A DNA stretch of 64,000 bases from positions 66,191 through 130,190 of the forward strand of contig WJMA01000003.1 of assembly GCA_014728175.1 (NCBI GenBank), given 5' to 3'. The DNA comes from Candidatus Fermentibacterota bacterium (GTDB lineage: Bacteria > Fermentibacterota > Fermentibacteria > Fermentibacterales > JCC-6). The notes under the pieces were generated by a model. It was not told the origin of the DNA, did not search any database, and saw only the letters and a list, made by a program, of their open reading frames with translations. Every line of letters starts with the position of its first letter. Within the stretch, counting starts at the first letter, position 1. The position numbers were made by a program, and so were the translations under genes. Shown piece after piece: positions 37,726-48,599 of the stretch.

Positions 37726-38202
37726 TTGGTCAAGGTGTTCAGGTTCGGAACATCCCTACTGCTTCTCCCACTTCTGGGGGGGACGCTCTCCGCCGACGTA
37801 TCCGAAGCCATGGAACGGCTCTCCGGGGTCACCGACCGGCTATTGGTGATGGGAGAGAGCATGGTCGGGGATCCAATATCAGGTTCCATGGCCGTGGCCG
37901 AGACCGTATCGGTGGACCTGACCCTAAGCACGGAGTACTCCTACCATCTCCACGTGTGGACCGACTCCATCTTCAACATCCTGGAGTTCTGGCTGTCCGA
38001 CCCCTCCGACAGCGTAGCCGACCAGGCGGTAGGCGACCACGCTACCCTCGTCGTGTTTCCCGACACCTCGGGGCGATGGAGCCTGAACATGATTCTGGTG
38101 GAGGGCGACCTTTCCGACTCGGCCTCCTACGCCGCCTCCCTGTTTCACCGACCCAGAGTAATTCCGCCGGACTCCCTTTCGGCCGCAGAGCCGGCCTTTT
38201 AG
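37726..38202 (+). CDS. hypothetical secreted protein
   Basis: signal peptide; acidic; no family recognised. Confidence 0.3.
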   Translation: MVKVFRFGTSLLLLPLLGGTLSADVSEAMERLSGVTDRLLVMGESMVGDPISGSMAVAETVSVDLTLSTEYSYHLHVWTDSIFNILEFWLSDPSDSVADQAVGDHATLVVFPDTSGRWSLNMILVEGDLSDSASYAASLFHRPRVIPPDSLSAAEPAF

Positions 38203-38206
38203 CCCC

Positions 38207-38893
38207 CTATCCGGCTCCCGGAGACGGCAAGTTCCGCCGGGGCATTATCCTCAGCTTGCGGGAAGATCCCTTCCGACACCCGAGAAGAATCAGCTCCGCC
38301 GGACCGTCTTCCCCGCCGTAGGTCCGCAACTCCTCAGGGTTCAGGCCGAAGCTCCGGCAGCAAAGTGCCAGCCTCACCAGGTTCGCCGGCCTGTGCACCA
38401 CCAGGAACCTTCCCCCCGCCCGCAGCAGATGGGCTGCGGCCCGGACGAAGGAGGCCATGGACAGCCGGCCACCGATCCTGCTGCTGCGCCTTCGGGGATC
38501 GGGGCTGGGACGTGACTCTCCGCGCCGGAGGTAGGGAGGATTGGTTATGACCACGTCGGCCATCCCCCCCCGCATCAGAAAAGGTACCCTGGTCACGTCG
38601 CCGCACACGGCCAGGTAGGGCGTAACATCGTTCATTCCGGCCGAGAGGAGGGCGAGCTCCAGTAGCTCGCTTCGAACGTCGATCCCCACCCAGGTACAGC
38701 CGGGATTGGCTCTGGCGGCGACCAGCCCGGCTCCACCGCTTCCGCTGCCCAGATCGAAGACCACAGAGCCGGAAGGGGCGGAAACCGCACCGCCCAGGAT
38801 GCAGGTATCGGAGCTTACCTCCCCCCCACCGGGTTGAATAAGGGCGGTTCCGTCCGGCAACACGACCGGGTGCGGCCCGCCCTCCCCGGTCAT
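38207..38893 (-). CDS. N6-adenine-type small-domain methyltransferase (TrmN6/YfiC-like; NPPY motif)
   Basis: VFDLGSGSGGAGL SAM motif and VVITNPPYL motif IV; real start ATG 38893 overlapping upstream stop. Confidence 0.6.
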   Translation of the reverse strand: MTGEGGPHPVVLPDGTALIQPGGGEVSSDTCILGGAVSAPSGSVVFDLGSGSGGAGLVAARANPGCTWVGIDVRSELLELALLSAGMNDVTPYLAVCGDVTRVPFLMRGGMADVVITNPPYLRRGESRPSPDPRRRSSRIGGRLSMASFVRAAAHLLRAGGRFLVVHRPANLVRLALCCRSFGLNPEELRTYGGEDGPAELILLGCRKGSSRKLRIMPRRNLPSPGAG

Positions 38894-39507
38894 CGGGAGG
38901 AAAGGGTGAAGAGGTAGTATCCCTTGAAAACTCCCCACGTGACGTCGTCGGGACCGTGCTCCTCCCGCCGGCTGTCCTCCCAGCGGTATATCGACCACAG
39001 GCCGCCGGAGCCGGGCCTGGCCAGGTAGAGCCGGGCGATACCCTTCGCCGGGGAGTGCTCGCTGGAAAGGTACTGCACCTCGTACTCTCGGTATATGTCT
39101 ATGGTGTCCTCGTAATCAACCGGGTCCGGCAGGCTGGGTATCTCGGATAATACCACCGAGGCCACCGTGTCCTGGCCGTACGTGGTGTCGGACTCGGCCT
39201 CGTCGAATATAGGCCCCACCGCCGATTCCTCGGTGACGTAGTCCCAGTTCCGGAAGTTCCAGCCGTACTGGGCGGTATCCTGGTCATCGGCGATGAACGC
39301 GAACGAGTCGGCGTAGCACCTCATGTAGTAAGGTACGGACAGCCCTTCCATGGTGTTCTTCAGGTTGGTGATCACCGTCTGGTATTGGTAGGGGTCGAAC
39401 CATTCCACCGGAGGCTCTTCGGGATCCTCCGGGCTCCGGGGCTCGAAAAGGCTGCAGCAGCAGAGCACGGAGGCCAGAATCACCGCCGGTAGGCCCAGCT
39501 TGCCCAT
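38890..39507 (-). CDS. hypothetical lipoprotein
   Basis: signal peptide with Cys cluster (VLCCCSLF); 205 aa. Confidence 0.4.
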   Translation of the reverse strand: MGKLGLPAVILASVLCCCSLFEPRSPEDPEEPPVEWFDPYQYQTVITNLKNTMEGLSVPYYMRCYADSFAFIADDQDTAQYGWNFRNWDYVTEESAVGPIFDEAESDTTYGQDTVASVVLSEIPSLPDPVDYEDTIDIYREYEVQYLSSEHSPAKGIARLYLARPGSGGLWSIYRWEDSRREEHGPDDVTWGVFKGYYLFTLSSR

Positions 39508-39517
39508 AATCCTCCTC

Positions 39518-41365
39518 CTAGGGAACGTAGTTGAAATTGACAGTTGCTCTCCAATAGCTTTCCCGGTCTTCCTCCGAGTAGAAGGTTCTGGTCAGGGACA
39601 GGGTGAGGTTTCCCCTTGAGAGGGACATGTTGGTGTACAGGCCCACGTGATGGAGATGTTCGGAAGTAGAGGAGGCCAATCCGGAGGGGTAGTTCCTGCT
39701 GTTGTACTCCCAGCTGTAGCTGGGGGTCAGGCCCACCCGCCCCGGAAGGTGAAAACCTCCGAACAGGGTCAAAGAGCTCCTGAGGGTTTCCTCGGATCTG
39801 GTGAACATGGATTGCTCGAAGCCACCCTGGTCCTGGTAGCGGAAATCGTGGGATACGCCGAGACGAGTGGAGTCCGCCGATAGCCGGTCAAGGGAGAAGC
39901 TGGATTCCACGCGCCTGAACAGTAGGTTGTTGGAGGCCGAGACGTCCGGGAACAGATAGGTTGTGTAGTCGGCGCTGAACTTCACCTTGTGCTCCAGGTC
40001 CCAGTTCCTTCCCAGCTCGAAGGTGGCACCCGGCTCAACGCTGTAGATGGAAGAGGTCTTGCTGTTAGCAGACTGCTCCGCCATCAGATATATGGTCTCC
40101 CTCCTCTCCCCGGTGAGGGCCGTGCTCAACGTCAGCCTGCTGCTGACGGGCAACTCCGCGTTCAGCATCAGTGTCTCCCTCAACTCGTCCCGGTCGGTGT
40201 TGTCCCGGTACTCAACCCCGATGCCGCTCTCCCAGGTTCCGAAGGTATCGTGCCTGTAGAGCTCGACCGTCCTCTTGAACTCTACCTTGGCCTCCCCCGG
40301 CTTATAGACCACGCTCGCCGACAGGCTCCTGTTGTCCGAGTTGTTCCAGATGTCGAACAGGTTCTCGGTTCCAGGCCCCTGACGCTTGCGGTCGCTGCGG
40401 GAGAGCCTCCGGGAAATCCCGAAGGTGATGTATGCGTTCTCCATGATGTCGTACCTGATCGAGGAGTTTATTCCCCTGCTCACATCCTCCCGGTTCCTGG
40501 CATCCCTCTGCTGAGCGGTTGAGTCCTCGCGCTCCCAGTACCTCTGCGTCTGGTTCCAGTTGGTTCCCATCGATAACGACAGGGCGGGCAGCAGCTCGGG
40601 AAGGGTGAATGAGGCGGAGTGTTTCCAGGACCGCTGCCGCTGACTCTGGGCCGAGTCGTGGTAGATGGTGAAGAACTTGGAGGCTCCCACCTGGTAGGTG
40701 ATGAAGGCATCGGGCAGCAGCTCGGGGAGCTTGTAGTTAACCCTGCCGGTCAGGTTATCGCTTCCGTAGTCGGTCTCGTCGCCCAGGGTACGTTCCTCTC
40801 CGAAGCTAACGCTGGTGGAGAACCTGGGAGTGAAGCTCTTGTTGACGGAGATGGACACGTCATGAACCCCTCCCTGGTTACGACCGGAGACCATAGAGTC
40901 GTCGGAAATAGTCTGGTAGCGGAGAAGATGGGTGCCCAGACCGACGTCCAGGCTCAACCATTCCAGGGCGGAGCATCGGATTTGGCCGGTGACGGTCGTT
41001 TCCGCCTCGTCCCGGATTATCTCGCCGAAACGTTCCTCGGTATGCAGCCTTCTCTCCAGGCTGGTGGCCAGCTCCAGGTCCTCCCCGGGCTTGTAGCTCA
41101 CCCAGGCTTCTCCCATGCGGGTGTCCCGGAAGCGGTGTAGCGCGTCGCTGCGGTTGGCCGTGAAGTCCGCGTCCAGATTCAGGTCCACCTTGTCAGAAAG
41201 GGCCTGGACCAGGGAAAAGCTGTTGTAAAGCTCGCTGGTCTGCTTGTACTGGGAGTACGAGTTGTCGTAGCTTAGATTGTAAGCCATCGACAGGGATAGA
41301 CCCAGCAGACATACCACGCCCGCCAGCCTCAACCGGATACCTCCTCGGTTAGCCGCAGGAAGCAC
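39518..41365 (-). CDS. large hypothetical outer-membrane beta-barrel-like protein
   Basis: 615 aa, signal peptide, extremely S/T/Y/R-rich amphipathic beta pattern; no family recognised. Confidence 0.4.
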   Translation of the reverse strand: MLPAANRGGIRLRLAGVVCLLGLSLSMAYNLSYDNSYSQYKQTSELYNSFSLVQALSDKVDLNLDADFTANRSDALHRFRDTRMGEAWVSYKPGEDLELATSLERRLHTEERFGEIIRDEAETTVTGQIRCSALEWLSLDVGLGTHLLRYQTISDDSMVSGRNQGGVHDVSISVNKSFTPRFSTSVSFGEERTLGDETDYGSDNLTGRVNYKLPELLPDAFITYQVGASKFFTIYHDSAQSQRQRSWKHSASFTLPELLPALSLSMGTNWNQTQRYWEREDSTAQQRDARNREDVSRGINSSIRYDIMENAYITFGISRRLSRSDRKRQGPGTENLFDIWNNSDNRSLSASVVYKPGEAKVEFKRTVELYRHDTFGTWESGIGVEYRDNTDRDELRETLMLNAELPVSSRLTLSTALTGERRETIYLMAEQSANSKTSSIYSVEPGATFELGRNWDLEHKVKFSADYTTYLFPDVSASNNLLFRRVESSFSLDRLSADSTRLGVSHDFRYQDQGGFEQSMFTRSEETLRSSLTLFGGFHLPGRVGLTPSYSWEYNSRNYPSGLASSTSEHLHHVGLYTNMSLSRGNLTLSLTRTFYSEEDRESYWRATVNFNYVP

Positions 41366-42147
41366 TCAGGCGAGAGCTCCTCGGCCCTACAACCGGGCTC
41401 TATTCCCGCCTTCCCGAGCAGCACCCTCGCCGAGTTCTTGCCCACCAGCCTGGCCAGGTTGTTCAGGATCGTTTTCCTCCTCGATGCGAAAGAGGCCTTT
41501 ACCACCCTTCTGTAATCCTCCAGTAGCGACGGGTCGAGCAGCGCGCGCTCCCTCCTTTTCAAAAGAAGAACCCGGGAGCTTACCGCGGGTCGAGGATAAA
41601 AGTCGTCCGGGCCCACGTCCAGAATCTTCTCGGCCTCGAAGAAAGGCCAGATCTGCAGATGCAGCCGCCCGAAGCTCTTTCCACCCCCACTGGCACGAAC
41701 CCTCTGCGCCACTTCTCTCTGCAGCATGAAAACGGCCTTCTTGACCGACCCCAACCGCTGTTCGAGCAGACGGAGCAGAACCGGGGAAGATATGGAATAG
41801 GGAAGATTTCCCACCAGGCAATCGAACGGATACCCGGGAAGTTCCCTGGGATCCAGCTCGAGGAAGTCGGCTTCGAGCACGGTGGTTGCCGACAGTGTCG
41901 GCAGGGCTCGGAGGTAAGCCGCCAACCGCTCGGAGACCTCCACGCAGGTAAGGCTGTCGCAGGTAAAAGCCAGGCGCACGGTGAGTACGCCCAATCCGGG
42001 GCCTATCTCCAGCGCACTCTTCGAGGCGGCCACCTCGGCGGTCTTGGCCGCAACTCCTTCGTTCAGAAGAAAGTTCTGTCCCAGCTTCTTCCGGGGGTAA
42101 ACCCCCAGGTCGTCCAGTATTCTCCTTACGTCGTTTCGGCTGCTCAC
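41329..42147 (-). CDS. rsmA: 16S rRNA (adenine1518/1519-N6)-dimethyltransferase
   Basis: KKLGQNFL start and LEIGPGLGVLT SAM motif. Confidence 0.85.
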   Translation of the reverse strand: MSSRNDVRRILDDLGVYPRKKLGQNFLLNEGVAAKTAEVAASKSALEIGPGLGVLTVRLAFTCDSLTCVEVSERLAAYLRALPTLSATTVLEADFLELDPRELPGYPFDCLVGNLPYSISSPVLLRLLEQRLGSVKKAVFMLQREVAQRVRASGGGKSFGRLHLQIWPFFEAEKILDVGPDDFYPRPAVSSRVLLLKRRERALLDPSLLEDYRRVVKASFASRRKTILNNLARLVGKNSARVLLGKAGIEPGCRAEELSPECFLRLTEEVSG

Positions 42148-42150
42148 GGT

Positions 42151-43521
42151 CTAGCCCCTGGCCCTGAACCGCAGACCTTTGCTACCGGCCAGGGCCTCAC
42201 AGGCCTTCATGCTGACACCGCATCCCCTGACGGCCGTCAGCTCCAGGCCGCAGCCGATCTCCCGGCACAGGTCTATGAATCTCTGCAGGTAATGCCAGGC
42301 GTTCTTCGCCGAAGGACGGGATATCCTGCGGTAGCTCTCCTCGTCCGGTGCGTTCAGGCTCACGCTCACCCTGTCGAACAGGGACACCATGCGTCGGACC
42401 CTCTCCTCGGGAATTCTACTCAGGGCCAGGCCGTTCGTGTTCAGCCTGACCGGGATCCCCCTCGCCGAAAGAGCCTCCGCCAGCTCGGACAGGAGCCCCA
42501 GTCTCATGGTCGGCTCTCCGTAGCCGCAGAAGACGATCTCCTCGAACCAATCCGGTCTCACCAGGGCGAGGCCCGACCTAAGCCTATCCGGATCGGGCTC
42601 GCTGTCGTGTTGGAGGAAGTAGCCGTCGATCCCATCCTGGTAGTTCCTGATGCAGAACGTGCAGTCGTTGTCGCATCTACCGGTCAGGTTCACGTACATC
42701 TTTCCGTCCAGCACGTAGAAGAGGTCCGTCCTCCTATGCTCGCCCACCCCGAAGGCCCTGCAGGAGTTATCCAGAAGCAGAGAGGCGGTTCCCGCCGGAT
42801 CGGCGCCCATGGCCCGGGCAACGACCTGCAGTACCAGCTCCAGGTTGGCCGGTTGGTTTCTGCTTCCCCTCCGAGGCTCGGGGGACAGGAAGGGGGAATC
42901 GGTCTCTATCAGCATCCGCTCCGGCGGCAGTCTTCCAGCCAGCTCTCTCAGGCTCCGGTTGGAGCGGTACGTCACGGGGCCGGCGAGACCTACGTAGCAT
43001 CCCCGCCGGGCGGCTTCCACGGCCAGCTTTACCGGACCGGTGTAGCAGTGCAGAACCACCGGGACCGGGTCGCAGGAGCCTATGGCGTCCACCACCTCGG
43101 CCTCCGCTGCGCGGGAATGGGCCACCAGGGTCCGGCCCAGAGCCCGGGCCAGCTCCAGGTGCCTTCGAAGCCATTCCCGCTGTTTCGCGGGGGGAGAGCC
43201 CTTCCTGTACAGGTCCATGCCGGTCTCTCCAATCGCTACCACCCGGGGCCTTAGGGCGGTGCGGGCGATGGCTTCCATACCTTCGTCGCCTACGGCCTCT
43301 ATTTCATTGGGGTGCACGCCAACGGCAGCCCATAGCCCTTCGTAGACCGTCGCCATGCGAGCGGCCTTGATGCTGCTTGGCGGGTCGGTCCCCGGTACCA
43401 GTACGTCTCGGACTCCGGCCCGGCGCGCTCTCCGCAAAACCTCTTCCAGATCGCGGTCGAAGGAGTCGAAGCACAGATGCGCATGGGTATCGAACAGACG
43501 GTACCCGAAGCTGTCCGACAA
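42151..43521 (-). CDS. fusion protein: N-terminal TatD-family metal-dependent hydrolase + C-terminal radical-SAM domain
   Basis: FDTHAHL TatD start and HxH/Asp pattern in first about 260 aa; then YVNLTGRCDNDCTFC radical-SAM CxxxCxxC cluster in last about 190 aa. Confidence 0.65.
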   Translation of the reverse strand: MSDSFGYRLFDTHAHLCFDSFDRDLEEVLRRARRAGVRDVLVPGTDPPSSIKAARMATVYEGLWAAVGVHPNEIEAVGDEGMEAIARTALRPRVVAIGETGMDLYRKGSPPAKQREWLRRHLELARALGRTLVAHSRAAEAEVVDAIGSCDPVPVVLHCYTGPVKLAVEAARRGCYVGLAGPVTYRSNRSLRELAGRLPPERMLIETDSPFLSPEPRRGSRNQPANLELVLQVVARAMGADPAGTASLLLDNSCRAFGVGEHRRTDLFYVLDGKMYVNLTGRCDNDCTFCIRNYQDGIDGYFLQHDSEPDPDRLRSGLALVRPDWFEEIVFCGYGEPTMRLGLLSELAEALSARGIPVRLNTNGLALSRIPEERVRRMVSLFDRVSVSLNAPDEESYRRISRPSAKNAWHYLQRFIDLCREIGCGLELTAVRGCGVSMKACEALAGSKGLRFRARG

Positions 43522-43524
43522 AAC

Positions 43525-44802
43525 CTAGAAAAGCCTCCAGATAATATCGTTCTGTCCGGGGCCGGTGGAGACGGCCCGGACCGGCACCCCGACCAGCTCC
43601 TCTATCCGGAGCACGTACCGTTGGGCCTGCTCGGGCAGATCGTCCCAGGAGGTCGCCCCGGCTATGTTCTCGGACCATCCGGGGAGCTCCTCGAACACCG
43701 GCCGGTGCTTGCCCAGCCTTCTCCCGGTTTCGAACAGTGGAACGTCGGAGTCCGGATCCAGCTCGTACCTGGTGCAAATGTTGAGGGAGTCGAAACCGCT
43801 GAGGACGTCGAGCATGGTCAACGCCAGCCAGTGGCAGCCGTTCAACCGGGACGCGTACCGAAGAAGTACCCCGTCCAGCCAACCGCACCTGCGGGGACGC
43901 CCGGTGGTGGCCCCGTACTCATGGCCTTTTTCCCGGAGCATGTCGCCCGTATCGCCGCGGAGCTCGGTGGGAAAGGGGCCCGCTCCCACCCTGGAGCAGT
44001 AAGCCTTTACCACGCCCACCACCTCGTCTATCATGGACGGCCCTATCCCCAGACTGATGCTGGCCGCGCCGGACAGGCAGGAGCCGCAGGTTACGTACGG
44101 ATAGGTTCCATGGTCCGGGTCCAGCAACGTTCCCTGGGCCCCTTCGGCTATCACCAGCCCGTCCTCCTCTAAAATCTCCTCCAGGGCCAGAGACACGTCT
44201 CCGGCCAGCTCCACCAGCTCCAGAGAAAGTTCTGTGAAACGCTCACTCTGCCTGCGTATCTCCGTGCGTCGGTCCGAAGAGAGGTCCAGCATGCTCAGGC
44301 ACCTGTCGGTTTGGGCCTCGATCGCCTCCCTGAACTCGCTCTCGCAGGCCGCATCCTCCAACCTTATGCCCCGGCGGGAGAACTTCTGTACGTAGGTGGG
44401 CCCTATGGCCCTGAGGGTGGTCCCGATGGCATTGCCACCCCGGTCCTCTTCGTCCATCTTCTCCAGGGCCTTGTAGACCGGGTGAACCAGGTGGACCTTG
44501 GAGGATATCCTGAGCCTGTCACCTACGTTGATACCGGCATCCATCAGCGACTTCAGCTCCTCGGACAAAGCGATGGGATCCAGGACGCATCCGGTTCCTA
44601 CGAAAGCCTTTACCGCTGGCTGGACCAGTCCTGTGGGAACCTGGTGCAGGACCAGGTCGGACCCGCCCAGCTTCACCGTATGGCCTGCGTTCGCTCCTCC
44701 GGAGAATCGTGCGACCGCGGTCGCGGACTCCGACAGATTGTGGACCATCTTGCCTTTGCCCTCGTCTCCCCACTGCAGGCCGACTACTACCGTGGTTGGC
44801 AT
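43525..44802 (-). CDS. purA: adenylosuccinate synthetase
   Basis: GLQWGDEGKGK, GGANAGHT motifs. Confidence 0.9.
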   Translation of the reverse strand: MPTTVVVGLQWGDEGKGKMVHNLSESATAVARFSGGANAGHTVKLGGSDLVLHQVPTGLVQPAVKAFVGTGCVLDPIALSEELKSLMDAGINVGDRLRISSKVHLVHPVYKALEKMDEEDRGGNAIGTTLRAIGPTYVQKFSRRGIRLEDAACESEFREAIEAQTDRCLSMLDLSSDRRTEIRRQSERFTELSLELVELAGDVSLALEEILEEDGLVIAEGAQGTLLDPDHGTYPYVTCGSCLSGAASISLGIGPSMIDEVVGVVKAYCSRVGAGPFPTELRGDTGDMLREKGHEYGATTGRPRRCGWLDGVLLRYASRLNGCHWLALTMLDVLSGFDSLNICTRYELDPDSDVPLFETGRRLGKHRPVFEELPGWSENIAGATSWDDLPEQAQRYVLRIEELVGVPVRAVSTGPGQNDIIWRLF

Positions 44803-44848
44803 AGGTGCCACCTTCTCCCCGTACATGGTTGGCTGGAAATCCAGAAGC

Positions 44849-45421
44849 TCATACCGCCACCGCCTGGTCCACCCATCTCAGCAACTCACCCAGCCCCGTA
44901 CCCTTCAGAGCGGATACGGGAAGGACCGGCCCCAAATCCTGCGCCCGATCTACCGAGCTGCGCAGCTTGCTCTTACTTAACTTATCCGACTTGGTCAACG
45001 CCACTATGTACGGTCTTCCCAGCTCCATAAGAAAGCGGGACAAATCGACATCGCTAGCCATGCCGGGATGACGGGCGTCTACCAGCAGGATGATCCCCCT
45101 CAGCTCGACGCGGTACATCAGGTAGCGCTCGACCCACTCCGTCCATCTATGCCTGACCTTTCTCGGCGCCCTGGCATAGCCGTAGCCGGGAAGGTCGACC
45201 AGATGGAAACGGCCGCCATCTACACTAAAGATGTTCAGGGTCTGCGTACAGCCTGGACGACCGCTGGTCCGCGCAGGCTTTCGCTCCACGCTCAACGCGT
45301 TGAGAAGGGACGATTTGCCTACGTTGGACCGTCCCGCCAGCGCCACCTCGGGAACTCGTCGGTCCGGAAGATCGTCCGGACCGGCGCAGGCCTGGAGGAA
45401 CTCGACTTTGAGCTTTCTCAT
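44849..45421 (-). CDS. engB: ribosome biogenesis GTP-binding protein YsxC/EngB
   Basis: VALAGRSNVGKSSLLN G1 region and overall size. Confidence 0.8.
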   Translation of the reverse strand: MRKLKVEFLQACAGPDDLPDRRVPEVALAGRSNVGKSSLLNALSVERKPARTSGRPGCTQTLNIFSVDGGRFHLVDLPGYGYARAPRKVRHRWTEWVERYLMYRVELRGIILLVDARHPGMASDVDLSRFLMELGRPYIVALTKSDKLSKSKLRSSVDRAQDLGPVLPVSALKGTGLGELLRWVDQAVAV

Positions 45422-45441
45422 CGGTACCCGTCGGGAGAACC

Positions 45442-46695
45442 CTAGACAGCCTCTTCGACGCCGTCCTCGTCGGGGGTGAACCTGGGTTGCTCCTCATCGA
45501 GGATGCTTTTCCTGGTGATAAGGAGCGAACCCTTCGCGCTCTTCTTGGAGGGCAGTGAGTACATGGACTCCAGGAGGCTCCTTTCCAGGATCGACCTCAA
45601 TCCCCGGGCACCACTCTCGGTCTTGCCGCCCTGACGGGCTATCTCCAGTAGGGCATCATCATCGAACCTAAGCTCTATCCCCTCCAGCCTGAAGAAGTAG
45701 GAGAATTGCTTGATCAGGGCGTTTCGCGGCTCCGTCAGCACCCGGACCAGGTCCTCCTCGGTCAGATCGTCCAGGGCCACGATCACCGGCAACCGGCCCA
45801 CCAGCTCGGGGATAAGACCGTAGTGAACCAGGTCATGGGGCCGGGTGTTCCTGAGGATGTTCTGGTCCTTCTGGCGGAACCGACGGCTGAGGGAGGCATC
45901 GAATCCCAGAGACCCCTGGTTCATCCTTCTGCCTATGATACTTTCCAAACCGTGGAAAGCACCGCCGCAGATGAAGAGAATATTGCTGGTGTCGACCTGG
46001 ATGTTCTCCTGGTAGGGATGCTTTCGGCCCCCCTGGGGCGGGACGCTGGCCATCGTACCCTCTATTATCTTGAGAAGCGCCTGCTGAACGCCCTCTCCGG
46101 AGACATCGCGGGTTATGGATGGATTCTCGGACTTGCGGGCTATCTTGTCTATCTCGTCTATGTAGATGATGCCCTTCTGCGCCGTCTCTATATCCATGTC
46201 CGTTACCTGTAACAACCGCAGAAGGATGTTCTCCACATCCTCTCCCACGTAGCCGGCCTCGGTCAGGGTGGTGGCGTCGGCTATGGCGAAGGGCACGTCC
46301 AAAACGGTAGCCAGAGTTCTGGCCAGCAACGTCTTCCCTACACCGGTCGGCCCGGCCAGGAGTATGTTGCTCTTCTCCAGCTCCACGTCGCGGTCGGGCT
46401 CGAAATCGGACCGCAACCGCTTGTAGTGATTGTACACGGCAACGGACAGCACGCGCTTGGCATACTCCTGGCCAACCACGTAGTCGTCCAGCTTATTCTT
46501 GATCTCAGCGGGGGGAAGGAGCTCCCCCTCCATGAAGCCGGTACGGTGAAGGTCCTCGTCGCGCTCTTCCTCCCGGATAAGCTTGTAGCAGTACCGTACG
46601 CAATCGTCACAGATACTCACCCCGGGCCCCTGGATGAGTCTTCCCACCTCACTGGCGGGTCTATTGCAGAAAGAGCAATTGCTTACCCTGGGCAT
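45442..46695 (-). CDS. clpX: ATP-dependent Clp protease ATP-binding subunit ClpX
   Basis: N-terminal C4 zinc finger (CSFC...CDDC), AAA+ [17 protein letters not shown]. Confidence 0.9.
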   Translation of the reverse strand: MPRVSNCSFCNRPASEVGRLIQGPGVSICDDCVRYCYKLIREEERDEDLHRTGFMEGELLPPAEIKNKLDDYVVGQEYAKRVLSVAVYNHYKRLRSDFEPDRDVELEKSNILLAGPTGVGKTLLARTLATVLDVPFAIADATTLTEAGYVGEDVENILLRLLQVTDMDIETAQKGIIYIDEIDKIARKSENPSITRDVSGEGVQQALLKIIEGTMASVPPQGGRKHPYQENIQVDTSNILFICGGAFHGLESIIGRRMNQGSLGFDASLSRRFRQKDQNILRNTRPHDLVHYGLIPELVGRLPVIVALDDLTEEDLVRVLTEPRNALIKQFSYFFRLEGIELRFDDDALLEIARQGGKTESGARGLRSILERSLLESMYSLPSKKSAKGSLLITRKSILDEEQPRFTPDEDGVEEAV

Positions 46696-46723
46696 CGTTT
46701 ACCCCGTTTCTATTCCAAAACGC

Positions 46724-47317
46724 TCACTTCCCGGACTTCCTGGCGCTGAGGACTGTGTCCACCACCCCGTACTCCCGGGCCTCCTCGGCCGTCATCCAGA
46801 AGTTCCGGTCGGTGTCGACCTCTATCCTCTCCACCGGCTGCCCGGTGTGATCCGATAGTATTAGGTTAAGCTCCTGCCGGAGCTTGATGATCTCCTTCGC
46901 TTCTATCTCTATATCACTGGCTTGCCCCTGAACACCCCCCATGGGCTGGTGCAGCATCACCCGGGCGTGGGGAAGGCTGTTCCTCTTACCCTTCTCACCT
47001 CCGGCCAGAAGGACGGCGGACATGCTGGCGGCCGAGCCCATGCAGTAGGTTCCCACGTCGGGCCTTATGAATTGCATTGTGTCGTATATGGCCAGGCCGG
47101 CAGCCACCGATCCGCCCGGACTGTTCACGTACATGCTGATGTCTCTCTCCGGATCTTCTCCCTCGAGGAAAAGCAGCTGCGCAACTACCAGGCTGGCAGT
47201 CTGATTCGTAATGATGTCTCCAACGAAAACTATTCTCTCTTTGAGCAGCCTGGAGTAGATGTCGTAGGCTCGCTCCGTGTTGCCGCTGCGCTCCACAACG
47301 AACGGAATAACGGGCAT
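46724..47317 (-). CDS. clpP: ATP-dependent Clp protease proteolytic subunit
   Basis: ClpP catalytic region ([20 protein letters not shown]); start ATG 47317 (ORF extends upstream). Confidence 0.9.
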   Translation of the reverse strand: MPVIPFVVERSGNTERAYDIYSRLLKERIVFVGDIITNQTASLVVAQLLFLEGEDPERDISMYVNSPGGSVAAGLAIYDTMQFIRPDVGTYCMGSAASMSAVLLAGGEKGKRNSLPHARVMLHQPMGGVQGQASDIEIEAKEIIKLRQELNLILSDHTGQPVERIEVDTDRNFWMTAEEAREYGVVDTVLSARKSGK

Positions 47318-47321
47318 GGAG

Positions 47322-48584
47322 CTAATCCTCCTTCTCTTTGCCGCCTTCGGCGTCTTCTTCCAACTCCTGCCACGACCAAGACGGCTCCTGCCGATCCTCG
47401 TCCTCCGGGGACGACGGGGGGGTCGATCCGTTTTCCTCATTCAGAACAGCCTCGGAAAGGATCAGTTCCATGGCCCGAACGTTCCTCACCCGGTCGTAAA
47501 CCGAGCTGGCCGACTCCTCGGGGCTTCTCTCCTCTTGGACCTCTTCCTCGGAAACCTCGATATCCTCCCGTATCGCCACCTGTCTGAGAACGAAGAACTC
47601 CCGGACCTTTCTGGAGGCCATCTTCCTGGCGGACTCCACCATCCGTTCGTCCGCTTCGTCCCCATCCAACCTTCTGAGTAGGTCCTCGGTCATGTTATCG
47701 ACCATGTAACGAGGTGGCTCGAACTCGTTACTTTCCAGAACTTTATCCAATGCCTGTCTTTCCAGGAACTGTTTCTTCTCCTGCTCTAGTCTTTCCTCGA
47801 GGTCCTCCCTCAGTTCCTGCCGCATATCCTCCATGGTGTCGCTGCCGCCCACTTTCTTCGCGAACTCGTCGTCCAGCTCGGGCAGCTTGGGCTCTCTGAC
47901 CTCGGTTACCCGGAATCTAATCGTCTCGCCCAGGTCTCCTTCGTCCTCCCGGGTTTCCATCCTGGCTACGAAGACGTCACCCGCCTTCCGTGCTTCCACG
48001 ATGTCGTCGAAGCCCGGGCCCATCTGCGAATGTCCCAGCCGTACGGCCAGGTCGCGGTCGTCTTCGGTGTCTCTATCCGGGGTCTGAAGAACCACCAGAT
48101 CCCCCTGTTCGGCGGGGCGTTCCACCGGCTCGAAGCTTACCATTCTCTCCCTAAGGGATTGCAGCGTCTGTTCTACCTCCCGGTCCAGGTCGAAAACTGG
48201 TTCCACCAGCTCCAGCCCCTTGTATTCCTCCAGCTCCGGGCCGCCGTAGAGGCTGTAGGTGATGCTGAAGGTATAGTCCTCTCCCTCTATGGGCAGTTCC
48301 TCGTCGGATACGGCCATCTCGTCGTCGAGTATCCAGTCCTCCTCGGTAAGCACCCTGGAGGTGAGGCTCTGTCTGACCACCTCGGCCACCTCGGCCTTTA
48401 TTAGATTACCGAACCTCTTGTCCACTATCGATCTGGGCACTTTCCCGGGGCGAAACCCAGGCAGATCGAGATCCCTGGTTATCTTTCCCCTCACCTCCCG
48501 GAAGAGCTTCTCCATCCTGTCGGCCGGCTCCTGGAACCTTACCGTTCTCCTGTTGTCTTTCGATTCTACTATCTCGTAATCCAT
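47322..48584 (-). CDS. tig: trigger factor
   Basis: [10 protein letters not shown]... with PPIase middle domain; upstream ORF extension would overlap tRNA. Confidence 0.85.
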   Translation of the reverse strand: MDYEIVESKDNRRTVRFQEPADRMEKLFREVRGKITRDLDLPGFRPGKVPRSIVDKRFGNLIKAEVAEVVRQSLTSRVLTEEDWILDDEMAVSDEELPIEGEDYTFSITYSLYGGPELEEYKGLELVEPVFDLDREVEQTLQSLRERMVSFEPVERPAEQGDLVVLQTPDRDTEDDRDLAVRLGHSQMGPGFDDIVEARKAGDVFVARMETREDEGDLGETIRFRVTEVREPKLPELDDEFAKKVGGSDTMEDMRQELREDLEERLEQEKKQFLERQALDKVLESNEFEPPRYMVDNMTEDLLRRLDGDEADERMVESARKMASRKVREFFVLRQVAIREDIEVSEEEVQEERSPEESASSVYDRVRNVRAMELILSEAVLNEENGSTPPSSPEDEDRQEPSWSWQELEEDAEGGKEKED

Positions 48585-48599
48585 TATCCTCTTACCTTT

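Noticed and set aside
41659-43254. 531-aa plus-strand ORF
   Set aside because: Antisense to rsmA and the TatD-rSAM gene.
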